A stretch of DNA of 63,717 nt, the filler included, from Conidiobolus incongruus B7586 (lineage: Eukaryota), in assembly GCA_000697335.1 (NCBI GenBank). It is 10 parts of 10 records of this genome, joined end to end, with 100 filler letters (N's around TTAATTAATTAA, not from the genome) between each part and the next. Parts side by side here need not be neighbours in the genome. Positions count along the whole stretch, not along the records: positions 50,538 to 57,240 come from JNEM01000214.1; positions 57,341 to 60,150 come from JNEM01000218.1; positions 60,251 to 63,717 come from JNEM01000219.1; 7 more parts are not named here. One strand, written 5' to 3'. This document shows positions 51,924-63,717 of the stretch, one piece after another. The notes under the pieces were generated by a model. It did no database searches and was not told the origin of the DNA. It saw only the letters and a list, made by a program, of their open reading frames with translations. The number at the start of each line of letters is the position of its first letter. Positions within the stretch are counted from its first letter, which is position 1. The translations under genes and the position numbers were made by a program.

Positions 51924-53115
51924 ATGTCGATGTTAACAACTTATATCTCATCATCAATTCACAGAAATTTAAAAACTATCATGACAACAAATGTCAGACA
52001 CATTCACAGACTAGCAATTGGTCAACTTTGTAGTACTGATAACGTCAGTCGCAACCTCACCATTTGTCAAGATCTTATCAGTCAAGCTAAATCAAAAAAT
52101 GCCAGTGTAATTATTCTTTTATAACAAATTAAAATTTACTAACTCCTAACGGTAGGCTATCTTCTTACCAGAAGCGAGCGATTTCATTGGTCAAAACTTC
52201 CAGCAGGGTTTTGACCTAACCCAAACACACTCGCATACATTCCTCAAAGGGATTCAAGAATCTGCAAAGGAGAATAAAATTTGGGTAGGAGTAGGAATAC
52301 ACAGAAAAGTATTAGATTTCAATATTCTATAATATTTTTATTAATAGTATTTAGGTACCCGATCAAACAAAGTTATGGAATAGTTATGTCCTTATAAATT
52401 CTTTAGGATCTGTGGAACAAATTTATGATAAAATACATTTATTCGATATTGTAAATATTACATTCCACAAAATTACTTATAATCTAACTCTAAATATTAG
52501 GATATTCCTAATGGGCCACAATTAAAAGAATCACAACATACTTTGGGAGGTACTAAAATTCATAGTCCTGTTGAAACTCCTTTTGGTAATGTGGGACTGG
52601 CAATAGTAAAGAAACTCTAACATAATTTAAATAAAAAACTAACTTTTTATAGTGTTATGACATAAGATTCCCAGAGTTGAGTTTAACATTAAGAGAAAAG
52701 GGTGCTGATATCATATTATTTCCAAGTGCGTTTACGATGAAGACAGGGGAAGCTCACTGGGGTAATTGGTTAAGATTATTTGATGACGTATTACTAATTA
52801 GTTGTTAGAATTATTGAATCGTTCAAGAGCAATAGAATCCCAATGTTACGTGGTGTCTCCCGCACAAAGTGGGGAGCACAATCAGAAACGTCAGAGTTGG
52901 GGACACTCTATGGTAATTCATAGCATATTTGATATACTCTAAAATTAACTCTAGGGTAGGTTGTAGATCCTTGGGGAACCAAGGTTGCAGAGATCCCCGT
53001 TAGTGATTCCAATCCCAGTATCCAAATTGCAGATATCGATTTAGAATATTTAAAAACCTGTCGAACTAACATGCCTTTGATAAACCATCGCACACCTCAT
53101 ATTTATTTTCAATAA
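51924..53115 (+). CDS. NIT2: Carbon-nitrogen hydrolase, Nit1-type deaminated glutathione amidase (yeast NIT2/mammalian NIT1-like; ~301 aa, 7 exons)
   Basis: Catalytic E-K-C: IFLPEASDFI, YDKIHLFDI, GLAICYDIRFPE; FPSAFT.KTGEAHWE, RAIESQCYV, WGHSMVVDPWG. Introns 52107-52155, 52309-52354, 52451-52500, 52606-52652, 52762-52808, 52913-52959. Confidence 0.93.
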
Positions 53116-53164
53116 TTAATAAATATTAATTCAAAATGTAATAATGTTTTATTATTAATGATAT

Positions 53165-56060
<2,896 letters not shown>

Positions 56061-57240
56061 CCTTATTTTTTTGTAGTTTTTTTTTAATAAATTAGAAGAA
56101 ATGGAAATTAATTTAATTTAATTTAACAAAAAGATGATGCATTGAATGAGCGCCAATTTTTATTAAATCATCAGGATAGTATGGGAATTTGCTTGGAGGG
56201 CTATATGAAATTAGTTCAAAAAGGGTTTTCAATTTTGATTTTAAGAATTTCTTATTTTAATAATAATGATCAAGATAAAATGAACTTAAAATTTATTGAT
56301 ATAACCATTAATTTTGAAGGAATTTATTGTGAAAGGTTAAACATTTAAGATAATTTATATTTTTTATTAGTTAATAATTCTCGTAATTTGTCAATTTGAT
56401 AATTATTTCTATATTCACATTTGGCAAATCAGAATATTTACTAAGATAATTTAAAATATGATTAATTTCAAAATATATATATATATATATTTAATTGTAA
56501 AATAGCATATGTTTTATTTTATTAATATTTATATTATTACCATTATAATTATAATTATTATCTCTACTCATAATTAAATTTGTCCAAAGGCCCCCAGAAA
56601 GATTAGCCTCCAATCCAATCTTTGAAGACTGTCTTGATTAATTATTAGATATCAAAAGAATATATTCCTAGTGCCATTGATTCCTTGATCAATCTCTACA
56701 TAATATTCAAGACATTTGAAATTCTTAATCAATACTGGTTATATATGGAAATTTCTATATAGTTACTATATATTTTATTAAAATAATATCTGTTATAAAC
56801 GATTCTTTTATATTTAAGGTATTTTTTAATTTGAATCAGTAAGCAATACTCAAACTTATAATTAGACCATTTTAATAGAATATTTGAATTTTTAGTTTTG
56901 ATTTTTTTTGATCTTCTTATCATTTTTCTTTTTTAGATTCAATATACAAAATGATAATTAATTTTTAATAATTAATTATATAAATTTTTTATGGATATTC
57001 TTTATAAAACTATGGATTTTTTGTATTTTTAAACTTTTAATTATTATTATAATTTGTTTTTAAATTAAAATTTTAGATTATTTGTTTTATAACTTAATAT
57101 AAATATAATAAAAATAATTAATTATTATAAACCTCCTTTGTATTTAATAAAAAATAAAATAAAAAGTATATTATTATAAAGATATTATAAAATAATCAAA
57201 GATTATATTTTTATATTTGATTTTATTTTTATAAAAATTA

Positions 57241-57340
57241 NNNNNNNNNNNNNNNNNNNNNNNNNNNNNNNNNNNNNNNNNNNNTTAATTAATTAANNNN
57301 NNNNNNNNNNNNNNNNNNNNNNNNNNNNNNNNNNNNNNNN
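57241..57340. other. Artificial contig spacer
   Basis: N44-TTAATTAATTAA-N44. Confidence 0.98.
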
Positions 57341-57584
57341 TAAAAATATTAATATATATTATTTTATTAATATCAGATTTAATATCATTATTTAATTTAA
57401 TTAATAGTTATTATTTTTAATTTATTTTCATAATATGATATATTTTTAATATTTTTATTAATAATTATTTGTTAAATATTAGTATTAAATTAAATAATAG
57501 GAATTTTTTATAATTAATAAAATAATCATTTTAATATATAGAGAGTAAAATTCTATATAAAATATAAAATTAATGATTTAATAT

Positions 57585-57752
57585 ATTTATAGTAACTTTA
57601 TGCTATTATTTAGTTTAGTTCTAATATCAAAAAATAAATTCATTTATTAAAGACTGATATTTGATATTTTATAGATTAATTAAATTTTCTTTTAGGAACT
57701 TTCCTTTTTGCAAGCTGGTTTTTTAATTGCTAAATATAAATAATCTTATAGG
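57585..57752 (-). repeat. Dispersed repeat family B, copy 2
   Basis: Inverted homology to 8861-9020; keeps more G/C in the core (ccagcttgca vs ctagcttata). Confidence 0.7.
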
Positions 57753-60150
57753 TTATAATCTAAACAATATACTGAATGTAGTAGCTTTTTCTATTTATTT
57801 TTAAATTTAAAGTTTGAAACAACTTTAGATTTATTTATTTTATAATTATCATCTGAATTAATTTGTCTACTCAAATTTTATCGAGAATATGTATTGGAAA
57901 AAATTATATTTTAATAAGATTTAATAAGTTTAATATAAATTGATTTTTTTTTAAGAATTAAATAAAAGTAATATATACCATTATAATCTATTGCAATAAT
58001 TAACATTTACTTATCAACAAAGTGTGTTTATTTGAAGAAATTTATAGAAAGGGTTGATTTGGCTTAATCCAACATTTTGAATTATTTATTATCAAAGGTT
58101 TATACAAAAGAATTCAAGATTCATCAATTGTAATAATTTGTTGCAAAAACCTCAATTTCTGGTTATACCTTAGTAAGTTTTGTTTAACAATAGCTACTCT
58201 AGTTTTATTTAAGCTTTAGATAAAATTTAAGATACCCATTAAATATTTTTAATAATTAATTTTAACTTAATATTTATGATATCAAAATAAAAAAGTAACT
58301 AATTTAAAATTATTTTGATAATACTTGAAATGAAATAAATAGGTGCTTTTCAATATGATTTTTGACTTTATTAATATTTTATAAGAGTAAAAGTTATGAT
58401 TAGTTTTTTAAATTTTATCAGATTTTGTGTAGTTTATTTCTTAGTCTCTAATTAATATACTTAGCAATAATTTTTTGTTTTAGATAATGTTTTATTACCA
58501 AAAGATAATTGCAAATTTTGAATGATTTTAGTGGATTTGTGGTTAAGTTTTATCAATACTAAAATAAAATGCATTTAATCGCTACTATTTAGTTTAAATA
58601 TAATTACATTAAATACCCAATTTTAAAAATTATATTGTTTAATTAAATTTAAAATATATAAAATTTAATTTCACTATTTATTTATGAATTTGTTTTGTAT
58701 ATAACTTTATATTTGAAATTAATAATATATTTAATGATTTGGATAATAAAAAATTTCCCTATTTTTCAATTCCATTGTTATATTTTTATTTACTTCAATT
58801 AAAACCAAATAATAAATATGAAAGAGTTTTTAATAAAATATTTTAAATTTGATTCTTATAAATTAAGTGAAAAATATATTATTAAATAAAAATTAAGTGA
58901 AAATAAGTTTAATTTGTCTAATTTATTTCTCTAATAAATATTTTTAGTTATTTAAATATTTAAATAATTTGACAGTTAAAATTTTTAAATCAATAAAAAT
59001 AAGAAATATAAGTAATTATTAACAATTTTGATAAAATTATGTTGTTGAATTTATAAATTAAATAGTATTTTTTATATAGTCTGATTTCTATAATTAGAAT
59101 ATTTTTAGCCTTGATATTATATTTAAACGATTAATTTATTCCATAATTATTTGTACTGAATTATTCTATTTAAAAAATATAATTCGAGTAAAATTATAAC
59201 AAACCTAATTATTTATTAATATCAAAAAAGACAGTCAATAAATAAAATAACTAGTAGTTCTAAAAGAATAATAGATAAAAATCAATAATAACAAATTAGA
59301 AGATGAAATCTTTATTCACAAAAATTGATAACATTTTAAAGAAATTCATTTTTTGATGAATTATTAAGATAATAAATATGACAAAACAATAATAAAGTGG
59401 ATAAACTGTTAAATAATTTAGGTAAATATAAAAGTTTAATTTTTTAATAAAGTAGCAAATATTTTAAAATAATTATTTGAGTTTGAATTATTTTAATATT
59501 TTATTGACAAATAGTATAATTTAAATAATTAAAGTTGATAAAATAGATATATTTTAATTGCTTAATAAATAATTATAATAATTAATTAATTTATATGTCT
59601 TGATCTATATATTCAAACTATATTTTTTAATTCTAATTTAATTAAGATACTACTAAGATAATTAATAAAAAATTATAAAAATAAGATAAAATAAAATGAA
59701 TAAAATAAGTGAAAGTTAGAAAGATATTGAGTAATTTAAAATATCTAATATTAAACTTAAATAATAAAACAAGCTATTTTAAGTGAATGGAAAAATAGCA
59801 TTTTTTTATCTTCAAAATATTAATAACTATTTATATTGAATAAAATAAATATAAAAAATTAATAAAGTTTTTTAATATAATATAAATTAAATTGTAAAAG
59901 TTAATATTTCAAAAATTAAGTATCAAAAAAACAATTTTTGATTTATAAATTACAAATATTATTGATATTTAATATCAAAAAAATTAACCGAATTATAATT
60001 GATCAAAAGGTTAGTATATTTATTTTGCAAAAAAAATATAACTTTATTTTGTAATAATATTATATTATTTAAAGAATAAATTATAAGTAAAGTTTGAATA
60101 TAATATAATCATTATACATTCATTATTATATTAAAAAATTTTAATTAATA

Positions 60151-60250
60151 NNNNNNNNNNNNNNNNNNNNNNNNNNNNNNNNNNNNNNNNNNNNTTAATT
60201 AATTAANNNNNNNNNNNNNNNNNNNNNNNNNNNNNNNNNNNNNNNNNNNN
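60151..60250. other. Artificial contig spacer
   Basis: N44-TTAATTAATTAA-N44. Confidence 0.98.
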
Positions 60251-63200
60251 TAAAATCTAATATAATAATTCAAAAATAAATTTATTTAGTAAAATGATTG
60301 GAAATAAAAATATTTAGTTAATTTTTATTATAAATTTATCTACATATAAACATATAATTAATACATATATATATATTATTTATCATTCTTATATCAAAAT
60401 ATCGTATTGATTATTATCAACTCTAATTTCAAAATTATTTTGATAACATTTAATTTATTTCCTTTTTCAAATGTATAATTGAATATAATAATTATGCAAA
60501 TATTAATATGATAAAATTATTATTTGTATTATTTTTGAATATATAATATAGAAATTATGTAACAAATTTAATACATTATAATTTGAATTTATAAATAATT
60601 TTTATAATTGATGAATTTGATTTTCAAATTTAAAAATTACAATAATCAAATTTAGTGTATACCCTTAAATATTAAATTTTTTTATTGTTATTTTTAAATA
60701 TTTTGTCTAGAGGAACTTTTACTACTAATTAAGAAAAAATTTTTTTATAATTTAAATTTGAAATAATTTTAAATTGACACTTAATACAAAAAAATATAAT
60801 ATCAAAAGATTTCAAATTGTGAAATATTTTATATATTATTAATAATAGTTATAATTATTTAATATTTGTTATTTAAATATATTACTATTTTATTAATAAT
60901 ATTTATAATATTAAATCATTTATTTAGTGCGAAGAAAAAAAATACCATAAACTCTAAATAATCAAATAAATTATAATAATGATAAATGAATTTGAAATGA
61001 ATAATAAAAAATTTTTTATTCAATTCATAATATTATGAAAATAAATCAAAGTAATATTATAGTAGATAATTTAAACATAGATTTTTATAAAATATAAAAA
61101 AAATAATATAATAATATTATTTTATATTTATGGAATATTTAACTCTTTAACTAAGAGGTAAATAGAAAATAAATAAAACATAAATATTCTAATCTTAATT
61201 AGAAATTGAAAAATTTAAAAAGTGATATAATTAAAAAATATAAATTTATCAAATAGGAAATCTCCACAGATGTTTAAAAATTTATTTCAAATTATAAATT
61301 TATCAATTATAATTATATAATTAATATAATTTTACCATTTAATTTGAGAATATAAATATTGAACAATATTGAAAAATTTTTAAATTATAAATTAAATCTT
61401 ATTTCTATTAATACTTATTAAAAATAATATATTCTTTTTTTTCAATTACATTACCTTAAAGTTTTAGATGAAATTATGAAATGAGTAATTTAATTCAAAA
61501 ATTCTTCTACGAATAAATTATTGAAATAATATCTCAATAAATAATTTTATATATATTGAATAATGAAAATATTTTTCATCTTGATAATATTTTTATATTG
61601 ATAAAAATTCGAAATACTGATATGAAAACAAAGAAAAGAGTTTTTGAATTTATAATACAACAAAATTAAAACAAAATATTTAGATACATATATTATATAA
61701 ATTGACTTGAATATCATGAAATTCAATTTTATTTAACAATTTTTGGAGTAATAATTTCAATTCAAATTAATGATTATTTTGTAAAAAATATAAATATTAA
61801 ATATATTTGAAATTATTTTTAAATAATTTACTTCATGATGAATTTTGTTTTTTAAAAAATAAATTATATTGGGTTAAAACATAATTAATAAATAACTTTT
61901 TATATTGTTATTTCGATGATTTTCAAACTTATATATACATCAAAGTATATCATTTTAACCAAGATAAATAGTAATATAATTTGATAATAATCATTTAGTA
62001 TGAATTATTAAGTATTACAAAATAATTCTATAAGTTAAAATAAAATTTGGATCAAAGATGTATTTTATAATAATTATATTAACATCTTATTATTTATAAT
62101 TTTATAATATTATTAAAATATAAATACTTTGTTTTATAAGATAAAATTCATTTTCTATATATTTACATCAGTAATATTTATTTAATTATATGATAAACAT
62201 TTAAGTGCCAAATGATATTTTAATTGAACTATATACGAGATATATTGCAAAATGTTAATTTAATAAAAACACAATATGAATTTGCATTTAGTTTTGAAAT
62301 TATTCAAATTTTTAAATTTCCTGAAGATGGAAGGTATTTAAGTAAAAAAAACAAATTGATTTTTTCCTTAATACTTAAACTCAAAATCTAAAATGAATAA
62401 TTATAAATTTTTTATGTTGCAGCTTCAATTTATTTAACTAATGATGAAAAATGTCATATTTATTATGAATTTACTAAAAGTTAAATTCAAAATTGTAAAA
62501 ATTTATATAACTAAATTTATTGATAAATATTGATTTAATTGATTAATTAGTATCATTTAATATTTTTTATTCATTATTATGCAAAATATTTCATTATATT
62601 TCTATATTCACAGTATTATATCGAAATATTTTTTTTTATAAAATAAATCAATATAATACTTCTGAAAATAAATCTTATAATTCTGATACAGTTGCAATAA
62701 TATTTGAATATCACATTGTAAAATATTGCTTAAAATTTAATTTTATAATTTCAATTAATATTATTTATTTTAAATTGATTTGGTAAAAAAACTATTTTAA
62801 ATAATTATTTGATTTATTATTATTTTGTATCATTATTAATACATTAATAGGTTAAATGAAAAAATCCTAAATAAATTTTGTACAAGTTATTATAATTGAC
62901 ATACAAATTAACAAATTAAATAATAATACAAAAAAATAAAGACAAAATAAAGGATATATATTATATATGAATTTTGTTTCTTATATTGGGTAAAATATTT
63001 TGGGTAATATTTTATATATTATTTCTATATTTAAAAAAACAGAAAAAAAAACAAAAATATTATATTTTAACAAATCGTTATAAAAATTTAAAAAATATAT
63101 TAGTTATAAATTTAAATGTCAGAATTATTGTATTCAATAATTGTTTGATGAAATGCAAATTCAATTATCAACAGGTAAATTCCAAAATAAAATATTTAGA

Positions 63201-63717
63201 ATATATATATTTAAATAATAACTAATCATAATTAATAATAAGTTTGCATAAATATAAAAGAATAAATTTTTAATATATCATAATAAAAGTTGAGTAATAA
63301 TAATATATATTTGATCAATACACAAAACCATTATAAATAATTGATATTTTTTAGGTATTTATATAATTTGGATATAATATGGTTTGCAAAAATAAAATTT
63401 AAATAAGTAAATAATTTTTATTTTTTAAACCGGTAATGATAATACAAAATGAAAATAATTCAATTCTTTTGTAATAACTGAATTAAATATATATCAGATT
63501 TCAAGAATTCATTAATTATATTTTTTTTAACAATTTCATTCGTTAGGAAAAAAATATATTATTATTAATATAATCAATATTCATATTAGTTATGAAATTT
63601 TAAATAAAAAAAATATTATGTGTTAGATAAAATTTTATTTAAATCAATCAATTAAAAATAAAATAGATAAATTTTAATATTTCCAAAAAGATATATATAT
63701 TATTATTATTATTTTAT

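Noticed and set aside
56580..56640. Tc1/mariner-like 'WGAF' transposase relic on the minus strand
   Set aside because: Needs frameshifts to assemble and no DDE motifs are visible nearby.
56142..63225. Short ORFs 56142-56348, 56729-56923 and 62974-63225
   Set aside because: K/I/N/Y-rich translations typical of random AT-rich DNA; two of them lack an ATG start.

Overview
Very AT-rich eukaryotic DNA, almost certainly fungal. Inference: an early-diverging, Conidiobolus-like aerobe, given the malate synthase, the 44-66 nt GT-AG introns and the kelch-TM paralogs. The window is a pseudomolecule of 10 short contigs joined by nine artificial N44-TTAATTAATTAA-N44 spacers, so adjacency across spacers is not evidence of linkage. 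Ten protein-coding genes can be modelled by eye: two kelch-repeat single-pass membrane proteins (each beside a decayed paralog), malate synthase, a 7TM-like membrane protein, a SABATH-family methyltransferase, GET3, a MET12-type MTHFR, a secreted Ser/Thr-rich protein with a 4x Cys-hairpin module, a Nit1-type amidase, and a SAM-domain kinesin-13 with an 11-nt micro-exon. The most interesting non-coding signals are (i) an unexplained ~340-nt GC-rich, self-complementary, ORF-free island at 17.6-18.0 kb (candidate unknown ncRNA) and (ii) three families of dispersed repeats, two of which have copies differing largely by directional C->T/G->A changes (RIP-like decay). All alignments and folds were made by eye.
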